64,000 bases of DNA from Octopus bimaculoides (Eukaryota): the NCBI RefSeq assembly GCF_001194135.2, contig NC_069005.1, positions 21,603,475 to 21,667,474 of the forward strand, written 5' to 3'. Positions 52,920 through 64,000 of the stretch are shown here, piece by piece; within the stretch, counting starts at the first letter, position 1, and each line of letters opens with the position of its first letter. Position numbers and translations under genes: made by a program. Under the pieces are notes generated by a model that did no database searches, was not told where the DNA came from, and saw only the letters and a list, made by a program, of their open reading frames with translations.

Positions 52920-53099
52920 CCTTCTGATCCTGAATTTTCGTCCCAGACAAAAGTGTATGAAGACATCGGCCTGGAGATGTTGGATCATGCTTTTGAAGGA
53001 TACAATGTCTGTATATTTGCATATGGACAGACTGGTGCAGGGAAAAGCTACACCATGATGGGAAAGAATGAAGACAGCCAACGTGGGATAATCCCACTG
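52920..53099 (+). CDS. unc-104: unc-104 coding exon 3 with P-loop: [60 protein letters not shown]
   Basis: Acceptor tttttctttctttcag, donor gtaag at 53100; 180 nt, phase 0-0; Walker A GQTGAGKS. Confidence 0.97.
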
Positions 53100-53243
53100 G
53101 TAAGAAGCTACTTTGTTTACTCACCCTTCCTCATCTGCTCCAAATTAGTGAGCGTGTACACACACTTTCTCTCTCTCTCATATCCATATGGACACACATA
53201 GATAAAATATTCACTTAAACTGTGTGAAAAGATTGTGTGTGTA

Positions 53244-53294
<51 letters not shown>

Positions 53295-54863
53295 GTAAGC
53301 ATAACACAACCATAGATATTTAGGCTACCATTGGTTTCATGTAAGAAACATCTTCACTCTTTCATGGATATCGAGTATTCGCACTGCTTGTTGGCCTGTG
53401 TATGTGTGTATCTTTTACTGATGTATATCAGTGAAGCATATAAACATCAGGAAAGCTAATATTCTTTGTGCAAAGTCTCTTACAATATTTGTTCTGTACC
53501 AAGTTACCAACACTCCTCCTGTCAGTGTAGCTGTCAGAAATTGCGTTGACTAGCGATTGGTCTGTTGGCCAACTATAATCAATAACTACTATTCATCATA
53601 AATTGCAATATANNNNNNNNNNNNNNNNNNNNNNNNNNNNNNNNNNNNNNNNNNNNNNNNNNNNNNNNNNNNNATATATATATATATATATATATAAATC
53701 ATAAGGACACAAATATTTTGCTCCTGATATATACATATGTAAAAGGATTTTCTATCAGAGTACTTTGTGTGGCTAACTATTTCATAGGGCAGCAGCAAAT
53801 GTCAATTGAGTTACGGGTCAGTGTACCAATTGAAAGATCAAAGGTCTCTATTGTATTTTCAGCATTGTACTGTGTTCTTGGGCCAGCCAAGATAATTAAC
53901 TTTTATTGGCTCAATCTGGTGATGGCAGTTCTTTGTATCTGAAGATCATGTAGAATTGAGGCTGTGACTGCCACTACTGTCCACTACTTGTCTTTTTACC
54001 CCTTCTCCATTGCTGCGAGGCTTTTCTTTCTACCTGCACTTCGTAGCTTTAAAGTGAGAGTCACTCCATGCAATCTGACTCCTCTCTTTTGACTTAAAGG
54101 TCTGACCACAGTGGCACAGTGGGCCAAGATGGCAGGAGTGACCAGCAAGATATAGGATTTTACAAGAAGGCTATTCTCCTAGGTGAATTGCTTTATAGGG
54201 CTGGAGAGCTCCACTAGCCCTGGAGTTGCTGGAAGGGTGTCAAAGAGGGCACCAAACTGCCTGAAAGACCCCACTCCTTAGTTTGTCAAAGTTGATTTCC
54301 CTAGTTTTTTCCTTACTCAAGATGCTTACAAAGTGGTGAGCATTTGTGATTAAAACTTCTTCCATAATATACTAAATAACCCATAGCTGAGAGCCTAAGA
54401 AGAATAGTTGTTAAGAGGTGGTTCGACATTGCATCGAAATCCTAGAATTCCTGAACCAGGGCACCACTACCATATGCAATTTAGAACCATCCCTGGGAAA
54501 TGGTTCAGTCTCTCTCTGTAAATAGGTTGGATCTTCTTGTTGCTTTAAGGGCCAAAAGCATTGTATCATTGATATCTTATAAGGGCTCAAAAGTGCAGGG
54601 GACGAATGTAGTTGATTAGGTTAGTCTCAGTATACTTAATTGGTAATTATTGAATCATGAAGGATAAAAGTGAAAGACAACCTCAGCAAGATTTGAATCC
54701 AGAGCGTGAATGTTCACAAGTAAACACTGTTCAGTTAATAAACAAATTGTTAGCTTGTATGCTAAAACCATGTTCTCTCTTAATCATCCAGACAAAAAAA
54801 TTTTCATTTTGTTTAGTTCTGACATTTAATCCTCACCATTGTTCTTTCTTATGTATATTCCAG

Positions 54864-54929
54864 TTGTGTCAGGATTTATTTGACCGTATCAAAGACAATA
54901 AAACTGCCGAACAGATGTACTCCGTAGAG
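54864..54929 (+). CDS. unc-104: unc-104 coding exon 4: LCQDLFDRIKDNKTAEQMYSVE
   Basis: Acceptor atgtatattccag, donor gtaagt at 54930; 66 nt, phase 0-0; aligns to KIF1A [22 protein letters not shown]. The next exon (VSYMEIY...) was not found in the window. Confidence 0.95.
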
Positions 54930-55068
54930 GTAAGTTTTGTCTAGTTACTTGCCGCAGTCTCTTTTCTCTGAGAATTTTATGCATATCAATGTTTGTTGTT
55001 GAAGTTGTTTTAAACAAGCAATAATAAATCTCTGAACAAGGTATAAACAGTAGCTGCACAACAACGGG

Positions 55069-55343
55069 AAGTATATTTGCCTCTTAAATGCGGCTAACCC
55101 ATAAGGGTTAGTCGCATTGAAGATCAGTGATTGTCGTAAGCTGATGAAGGGCAAATACCCAGTAATCCGGGTCCGTGCGTATCACGTCAGATTGACGATG
55201 GGAAGGATGACCTCCTTTTGCAAATACTGACAGGGCACAGAAAGTGTGTCAATAGCCAGCTGGAGGAGATGTTCTCCTGGGGCTACAAGCTACAGTAGCA
55301 TTCACCCTTAGGGGTTAGCTGCATTTAAGTGGCAAATATACTT
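55069..55343. mobile_element. 275-bp element with 32-bp inverted arms, an internal hairpin and a degenerate hammerhead core
   Basis: Arms 55069-55100 and 55312-55343 (2 mismatches); 14-bp hairpin 55087-55118; CTGATGA-aggg(caaata)ccc-a-gtaa-tccgg-GTC at 55141-55173. Confidence 0.55.
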
Positions 55344-55938
55344 CACGTTATTTTAAACAGTTTAATGGAAAAGAATCAAGTGGAGCATTTAGTTACCACA
55401 ATTTCTTTCTGATATTGGCATAATATAAAATACCCTATGCTGCTGCCGGATATGGGATATTGCAAGATAATCCTTGAGGTAGTTCCATTCAGTAGCTTGA
55501 TGTTTTTCTGGTATTGGCATCTAGTGCTGTGCTATCCTGCAGTATAAGGTACTGTAATATTTCCATTAGTGTCTATGTATTAGTTTTGTGTTGTGAAGGC
55601 ATGTGGCTTACTGGTTGGGGTATTCACTTTACGATCATAAGGTCATGAGTTCAATTCCTGCACGACGCATTGTATCCTTGAACAAGACACTACATTTCAC
55701 GTTGCTCCAGTCTACTCAGCTGGCAAAAATGAGTTGTACCAGTAATTCAAGAGGCCAACCTTGTCGCACTCTGTGTCATGCTGAATTTCCCTGAGGACTA
55801 CGTTAAGTGTACACATATTTGTGGAGTGCTCAGCCACTTTCATGTTAACTTCATGAAGAGGCTGTTCCATTGAGTGGATCAACTGGGACCCTCGTTGACA
55901 TAACCGAGGGAGTGTCACATATATATATATATATATAT

Positions 55939-56206
55939 GCGAGTAAAAATAAATACAAAAAAGGTGGGGTTTTTTGTATGATTGTGTATAGAGGAATATA
56001 TTATTTTGTTTAAAAGAGTTCCAACACTGTCTGTTTTTTATGTTTTATTTATATTCCTGCAGAACTAATGTGGGGTATAGAATATGGAATATACAATATA
56101 TAATATAATATACAATATACAATATAAAATAAAATAAAATGAATGGCACCATGAAAGAAAGTATTGAATGTAGATGAAATATTGAGTGTTCAATATAAAG
56201 GATCAA
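55939..56206 (-). mobile_element. Family E repeat copy, truncated by N-gap
   Basis: gcgagtaaaaataaatac...caatataaaggatcaa collinear with 9856-10130. Confidence 0.7.
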
Positions 56207-56508
56207 NNNNNNNNNNNNNNNNNNNNNNNNNNNNNNNNNNNNNNNNNNNNNNNNNNNNNNNNNNNNNNNNNNNNNNNNNNNNNNNNNNNNNNNNNNNNNN
56301 NNNNNNNNNNNNNNNNNNNNNNNNNNNNNNNNNNNNNNNNNNNNNNNNNNNNNNNNNNNNNNNNNNNNNNNNNNNNNNNNNNNNNNNNNNNNNNNNNNNN
56401 NNNNNNNNNNNNNNNNNNNNNNNNNNNNNNNNNNNNNNNNNNNNNNNNNNNNNNNNNNNNNNNNNNNNNNNNNNNNNNNNNNNNNNNNNNNNNNNNNNNN
56501 NNNNNNNN

Positions 56509-56554
<46 letters not shown>

Positions 56555-58595
56555 AAACTAGTTTTGTGATATCAACATGAAGTAATACATACTTTGTACT
56601 GCAATATATGTTCTACAACATTATGATGCTTCAAATAATCGTTTGTGTATTTATTGTCTCAAGGCTGCAATTTAATTCAGTATTTCAATATTTCTACAAG
56701 AAGTAATTTCTTAATTTTTGAGTTGTTGGCAGAGTTCATTAGTACCAATTAAATTACCTTGTGATATTTACCCTAAGTCTCTGAGTTCAAATACACCAAG
56801 TTCAACTTTGACATTCATTCTTTTGGGCTTCATAATAAAAATATTAATCCAGGGTGATGGATTGGTAGAGATGACACTGTGTGATGTTTGTCTTGGTTCT
56901 TTGCAATCTGAGTTCAAATCCCTCCATGGCCTGATTGGATGATTGACTTAACCCTTTCACATTTAAACAGGCCCTATCTAGCTACAATATATCTTCACTG
57001 TTTTACTTTCAAAGAGGCTGGATCTGGCCTTTCACACATATCCTACAATGTTAATTGAAAATAATTTGAATAAATAAGCATTACATTTAACAGCATAATT
57101 TGAATGTTTTACATCCTTGTATGTTGGATATATAACATAACGAAGCGGTGGGGGGGGATGTGTATACACGACACACTACTATTACTATTACACGAGACTC
57201 AACGCTCTATATGAAAGGCTCACAGTGAACTGCTTACCAACTTGAACTGCTAATTGCTCACAGTTCTTTAATTTATAGCAATGGGTCAGTCCACCTTTAG
57301 TCACTTAGGCGTGAGTGGAGGGCAAAATCCTTCCACAATAAAATGCTAAGGGGTTAATCTAGAGTCCAGTTTAACACCTTCACCTGATACCTTGGGTACC
57401 ATTAGAAGTGTCCATTCTGTTGCAAGGATTTGGATCACGTTTCTTTTACCTTCTAGTTGTGTTAAAGGCCCTGTCAAAGATCATGAGGACTGTGTTCCCT
57501 CAAGACTAAAACATAAACAAAAAAAATTGTAACAAATTATATGCAGGCATGGTTGTATGGTTAAGAAGCTCACTTTGCAACCGCACGGCTTCAGGTTCAG
57601 TCCCTGTGCACAGCACCTTAGGAAAGTGTCTTCTATTTTTGCCCCTGGCTGACCAATGCCGTGTGAGGGGGGTATCTGATGGAAACTGTGCAGAATCTTG
57701 TCACATATGTATGTGTGTATGTGTTTGGCCTGCCTCCTGCTAGCTTGACAACCAGTGTTGGTTTGTTTATGTCCCTGTAACTTAGTTCAGCAAAAGAAAC
57801 CAGTAGTATAAGTGGTACTCTTTAAAAAAATGAAAAACAAAATGTACTGGGGTTGACTTGTTTGACCAAATCTTTTAAGGTGGTGTCCCAGCATGGCCAC
57901 AGTCCAGTGATTGAAAGAGGTAAAATCTTGCTTCCACTGGCTGTATGGGAATTGGTCTTCCTATCTTTAAATTAGTGTTAATTAGTTCAAACTTTATTTC
58001 CTTCCCACCTACAGGTTATCCATGTTAATATATTCTACATTATTAATATAACTAATTCATTAGGCATAAAGACTAATTAGTTAATTAATTCATACTAGTT
58101 TCTTTTGTCTGCAATAATAATTTCTCATTCATTCTTTGTTTTTCTCTCAAGAAAAAAATTAATAATACTTTTCTCTCATTTTATTTTTCCTCTTTTTTTC
58201 ATTACTCTACCTTCTTTCTCTTCTTCCTTTTTTTCTATTACCATTTCTTCTACTTTGTTCTCTTTCGCTTTTTCTTTTCCTTCCTTGTTTTCCTTTCTTT
58301 TACTTTTCCTAATTTTTACTTCCTCTCTTTCCTTCATTTCATTTTCTTTTCATTCCTCCTTTTTTCTTTCTCTTTTCACTTTTTCCCTTTTTTTTCATTC
58401 TTCCTTTTTCTCTTTCTCTATAATCATAGTTTTATATATATATATATATATATAAAGAATGAGATAAAGAGACCAATGGTATAAGTAAATTTATATTTTA
58501 TGTAGAATGTCTTACAGCTGTTTCAGGGAAAATTCAATGTAACTAGTCGGTATTACCTGTATCATTAGGGTCTGGTTGACTCCATTACCATTCAT

Positions 58596-58634
<39 letters not shown>

Positions 58635-60167
58635 TATATATATATATATATATATATCAGATATATATATGTTCATTCTTTGGAACTAAAATAGTGAAGT
58701 AGTTGATCCAGTTCTAGTCCTAGTTGTGTATCCTTTATTGGTGTCATGAAGTATAGGGTCTACTTAACCCTTAAAAGGGATACTGGTCCATGTATGGTAT
58801 AAGAGTACTTTCACACACCAGCAGGCCTGTGTGACAAATATCTAGCAGCCAGCCCTCCTCCAAGCCTTTTATACCTTAACCACAGGAATGTCTTCTGTTG
58901 TTTGACTCATAACTGGAGTCCTTAATAAGTATTACAACCCCTGAACCTGGATGTAGTGAAGACTGAAGGATAACTCTTTACTCTTGAAAACCCCTCTTCA
59001 ACTTCTGAGTTTGATCTTACCACCAGATGCAATTTAATGTCTTGTCCAGGACTTAGAAATCTTTAACCCTTCAACATTTAAACCAGCCAAATCCAGCCAA
59101 AATATTCTACCTGTTTTATCTTCAAGCCGGTCAGATCTGGCCTTTCACACCTACCCTACTGTGTCATTTTAAAAATAAACAATCACATCATCGAAATTCC
59201 AAAGCCATGAAATAATGGATGATTAATTTTAAATGATGTGAATACATAAGCATTACATTTAACAGAGTAATCTGAATGTTAAAGGGTTAAAATAGACACA
59301 TGTTTGAAGTCTTTAATCTGAAGACAGTATGCATACAAAAATCTGCTGATTACAGCTGGAATCATCATCGTTTAACGTCCGCTTTCCATGCTAGCATGGG
59401 TTGGATGATTTGACTGAAGACTGGTGAAACCAGCTGATTTGGCAGAGTTTCTACAGCTGGATGTCCTTCCTAACGCCAACCACTCCGAGAGTGTAGTGGG
59501 TGCTTTTACATGCTGCCGGCACGAAGGCCAGTCAGGCGGTACTGGCAACGGCCACGCTCAAGATGGTGTATTTTATGTGCCACCCGCACAAGAGCCAGTC
59601 CAGTGGCACTGGCAACAATCTCACTCAAATATCTTTACATGTGCCACCAGCACAAGTGCCAGGAAGGCAACACTGGGTACAGGTGCTACCACGAAATCGC
59701 TTTCGCTTGCCCCAACAGGTCTTCGCAAGCTGAGTTTAGTGTCCAATGAAGGAGATGACATTGGCTCAAAACTTGGATTAGATATTTACATCCAAATATG
59801 TCAAAATATCTTTTATAAAGGTGAATCTTGAGCATTAGCATTGTGGATGGCTCTTAATCATTTAGTTGGTTACCTTCATACCAAACTAAGACCAAAGTCA
59901 GAGTGTAGTCTTAAACAGTTGTAGTCTTAACTAATTTAGCTCCTCCCCTTCTTACTCTCTCACTGTCATCTCCCCCCCTCACTGTCATTTCCTTCCTTTT
60001 TGTCTTAACCTTTGTTTGTGTTGGTCTGTTTCACATTGCTCTCTCTCTCATTCTCCTCTTTTTTCCTGTCTATCTCTCCTTACTTTGCCTCATCTTCCTT
60101 TAACTCTCCTCTCCCCCCATCACTTGCTCTCCACTTTTTGCATCTCCTCCCTACCTCTAATTGCTCT

Positions 60168-60600
60168 CTCTTGCTCTCCTCTCTCTACCCTCTTGCTCTC
60201 CTCTCTCTACCCTCTTGCTCTCCTCTCTTTACCCTCTTGCTCTCCTCTCTCTACCCTCTTGCTCTCCTCTCTCTACCCTCTTGCTCTCCTCTCTCTACCC
60301 TCTTGCTCTCCTCTCTCTACCCTCTTGCTTTCCTCTCTCTACTCTCTTGCTCTCCTTTTTTTACCCCCTCTTGCTCTCCTCTCGTTGCCTTCTCTTACTC
60401 TCCTCTTTTTACCCCCTCTTGCTCTTCTCTCTTTGCCTTCCCTTGCTCTCATCTTTTTGCCTTCCCTTGCTCCCCTCTCTTTGTCACCTCTCGTTGCCCT
60501 ATCGTGCTCCCCTCCCGTTGCCTTCTCTTTCTCCCCTCTCATTACCCTCTCTTGCTCCCCTCTCTTTACCCCTCTTCCTCCTCTCCTTGCTCTCCTCTCC
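60168..60600 (+). repeat. 22-bp pyrimidine minisatellite (ttgctctcctctctctaccctc)n
   Basis: About nine clean units then decay; explains the 22-aa periodicity in ORFs 60012-60901. Confidence 0.9.
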
Positions 60601-60983
60601 TAGCTTTTCTCGCTCTTCTCTTCTTTTCCATTCTACTCTCTCTCCTTTTCCATGTCTCTGTGCTTTTCCCCCCTCACTCTCTCCTTTGCTCTTTTTTCCA
60701 ACTCCTTCCTCTCTCTCTCCCTCTCTCATATTTTCCATACCATTTCCATATCTCTCACCACATCCTCTCTTTTACATTTATTCCTTCCTTCCTTCCTCTC
60801 TCTCCCTCCCTCTCTCTCTCTCCCTCTTCCGCTTCTATCTTCTTCGTACTTCTTCCTCACATGATACAATCATTGGTACTTTTCCAGCTGCCATAAGTTA
60901 ACAATAACAGCAGCAACAGCCACAGCTAAGACCACAACAGCATCAGCAGCAAAATATAGTAGCAGTACTAGTAGTAGTAATAA

Positions 60984-61016
<33 letters not shown>

Positions 61017-61124
61017 TAACTGTCAGTAAATTTTGTTGTATTTTTATACTAGAGAGAATTATTGATTTCTTGTTGAATGCTATCACGCAGTTTCTCTCAG
61101 AGCTTTCTATACAGGCTTATACAT

Positions 61125-61160
<36 letters not shown>

Positions 61161-61254
61161 ATACCCCTCATGCCATATACGCTCAGTCATTTACTCACAC
61201 TCACATATATACTCACATGCATTTACACACACAATCACTATCTTACACTTACAC

Positions 61255-61303
<49 letters not shown>

Positions 61304-61388
61304 ATACAAATATACAGTTACTCTCACACACACATATACACACACACATCACTCTCTTTTTGTGTGTCACATACAGTCACACTCTGTC

Positions 61389-61432
<44 letters not shown>

Positions 61433-62048
61433 CTCACTCATTTTCATATACATACATAGACTCATTCACCCACATGCTCACATATACACACTCCAGCATA
61501 TACTCATTCACACATGCACCCACATACGCACATGCGAAGAGAAAGCATTTCAGAACTCCGCTGAATTATGGTAGAAAATTCAGGAAAGTGTGTCGTCTTT
61601 TGAAAGCTTGCAGCAAGACATAAAATAGTTTTTAAATTCTTACAGGTTACAGTAGTCTCCATCGACAAGCATGTGCTTTGGGACAGAATGACTGGACCTA
61701 ATGGTTAATGAGGGGCCTGAGTGTGCTGGACTGAGGAAGGGTGATAAGATTGATGGGTTGGAGTGTTTGAATGTAGGGGATACAAAACTGGCCAGCTCTG
61801 AGGAACGGAGGCCATTGCTGGAGTTATAGAAAAGACAAAGAGAAGAGTCAGTATGTCTGTGTGTCAAAGACTTGAATGTGTCTCTATTAGTCCTTTTGTT
61901 ATCATAATTCTATTGCAACACGTTGCTTTTATTTCAATTAATTTTGAAAATAATGAAAAATTCAGTAAATTAATTTTGTCGCTATTAAGCTGGCATTTGG
62001 AACATAAATTAACATGAAATTTGGTTGAGTGGCTTTAATGTAGATCAC

Positions 62049-62287
62049 TTTACTCTTTTACTCTTTTACTTGTTTCAGTCATTTGACTGCGGCCATGCTC
62101 GAGCACCGCCTTTATACTCGAGCAAATAGGACCCCAGAGCTTATTCTTTGTAAGCCTAGTACTTATTCTATCGGTCACTTTTGCCGAACCGCTAAGTTAC
62201 AGGGACATAAACACACCAGCATCGGTTGTCAAGCAATGCTGGGGGGGGGGGAACAAACAGACACACAAACACAAACACACACACACA

Positions 62288-62333
<46 letters not shown>

Positions 62334-62498
62334 TACGATGGGCTTCTTCCAGTTTCCGTCTACCAAATCAACTCACAAGGCTTTGGTCGGCTCGAGGCTA
62401 TAGTAGAAGACACTTGCCCAAGGTGCCACGCAGTGGGACTGAACCCGGGACCATGTGTTTGGTAAGCAAGCTACTTACCATACAACCACTCCTGCGCC
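62049..62498 (-). mobile_element. SINE family C (tRNA-like head, CORE-like accttgggcaagtg segment, internal TA/TG microsatellite, gagtaaaa tail), full length
   Basis: Other copies at about 17928-18350, 32960-33350, 39478-39855, 40488-40847, 46500-47252 (-) and 50773-50990, 51480-51860, 57545-57925, 62975-63130 (+). The CORE resemblance is from memory of the MIR core. Confidence 0.8.
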
Positions 62499-63152
62499 TT
62501 TCATTACTTTATTTGTGTTGCAATACACTGCTTTGAAAGTAATGAAGAATTGAGTAAAATTTGTGATTATTAAGCTGGTGTTTGGAACATAAATTAACAT
62601 GGAATCTTGATGGAAGGTTTAACACATTTAGAATTTAGCACATTTTAAAACAGGATGTTTGTATCATAGAATTAGGAGTGGTCTATGGTGGGTTGCTATT
62701 GTGCAGCAAGTCAATACATTCGATTCTTCTATAAGCTTTTATTCCTATTGTCTGTGTCATCAACCAAACACATTGTTGCTTTGTTTATCTTGAGTCTGGG
62801 GTACTGAAACAGCAACAACCAAACCAGTCAGATTCAAAACTGATTAGGTACCACATTTGATTTATTTGTTTTATTTTTGTCGAGCAGATAGTGTGTATAA
62901 TCATTTGAATTGACCCCAATATATTGCTGGTAATTATTTTAATTATAATTACCATATTTAATTACCATACGTGCAGGTGTGGTTGTGTGGTAAGATGTTT
63001 GCTTCCCAACAACATGGTTCTGGGTTCAGTCCCACTGCATAGCACGTTGGGCAAGTGTCTTCCACTATAGCCTGAGGCCAAAGCTTTGTGAGTGGATTTG
63101 GTTGAAGGAAACTGAAAGAAGCCTGTCATTCATATGTGTATGTGTGGTTGGA

Positions 63153-63415
63153 GGATCGCGGTTTCGATTCCCAGACCGGGCGTTGTGAGTATTTATTGAG
63201 CGAAAACACCTAAAGCTCCACGAGACTCCAGCAGGGGGTGGTGGCGACCCCTGTTGTACTCTTTTGCCCCAACTTTCTCTCACTCTTTCTTCCTGTTTCT
63301 TGAGTAACGCTGCGATGGATTGGCGTCCCGTCCAGCTGGGGGGAACACATATGCCATAGAAACCGGGAAACCGGGCTCATGAGCCTGGCTAGGCTTTAAA
63401 AGGGCGCATAATAAT
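63153..63415 (+). mobile_element. SINE with family A head but a different 3' tail (A2)
   Basis: Shares sequence up to cttcctgtttct, then continues tgagtaacgctgcgatggattggcgtcccgtccagc...aagggcgca(taa)n. Confidence 0.65.
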
Positions 63416-63624
63416 AAAAAAGAAGAAAAAAATAATTTTTAGAGGTACATATGTGCGGGTTCTTAGACACCAGAAATCTGTAGATGATTGTTACAATCNN
63501 NNNNNNNNNNNNNNNNNNNNNNNNNNNNNNNNNNNNNNNNNNNNNNNNNNNNNNNNNNNNNNNNNNNNNNNNNNNNNNNNNNNNNNNNNNNNNNNNNNNN
63601 NNNNNNNNNNNNNNNNNNNNNNNN

Positions 63625-63684
<60 letters not shown>

Positions 63685-63833
63685 TATCTACAGATGCAGA
63701 TATATATATATATATATGTATCTATCTGTCGTATATAGACATTGTGTGTGTATATATATATATGTATATATACACACACATACATAATATGCAACTATGC
63801 ATATATTCATATATACATATAAACATATATGTA

Positions 63834-63866
<33 letters not shown>

Positions 63867-63909
63867 GTATGTATATATATATCTATATGTGTATATATAT
63901 ATATATATA

Positions 63910-63954
<45 letters not shown>

Positions 63955-64000
63955 ATGTATGTATATATATATATCTATATGTGTATATATATATATATAT

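Noticed and set aside
58015-58080. Acceptor-like sites at 58014 and 61645 as candidates for unc-104 exon 5
   Set aside because: Translate VIHVNIFY... and VTVVSIDK... and soon stop; neither resembles the expected VSYMEIYCERVRDLL.

Overview
AT-rich, microsatellite- and SINE-saturated eukaryotic DNA with many N-gaps; repeat content suggests an octopus/coleoid cephalopod (inference). Two genes appear to lie head-to-head. (1) Plus strand: the first four coding exons (aa 1-143) of a kinesin-3 motor gene, unc-104/KIF1A-B ortholog (36006-54929); the rest lies beyond the window and its non-coding first exon was not located. (2) Minus strand: a hand-assembled small gene of about 7 exons (ATG at 16836, stop at 5352, AATAAA at 5269-5274) encoding a ~115-126 aa basic protein I cannot identify; it is invisible in the ORF track. 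A CpG-retaining block at ~16.1-17.4 kb is the likely shared promoter. The rest is mobile DNA: at least four SINE families, Tc1/mariner, hAT and piggyBac-type MITEs, an RTE-LINE 3' end nested in a SINE, and minisatellites. The most unusual signal is a set of short non-coding repeats, several (TA)n-flanked, carrying minimal hammerhead-ribozyme motifs (Penelope/retrozyme-like), one with an atypical CAUGACGA core shared by two copies. All coordinates and counts were made by hand; no database searches were run. Nearly all long ORF-track entries are artefacts of N-gaps or low-complexity DNA.
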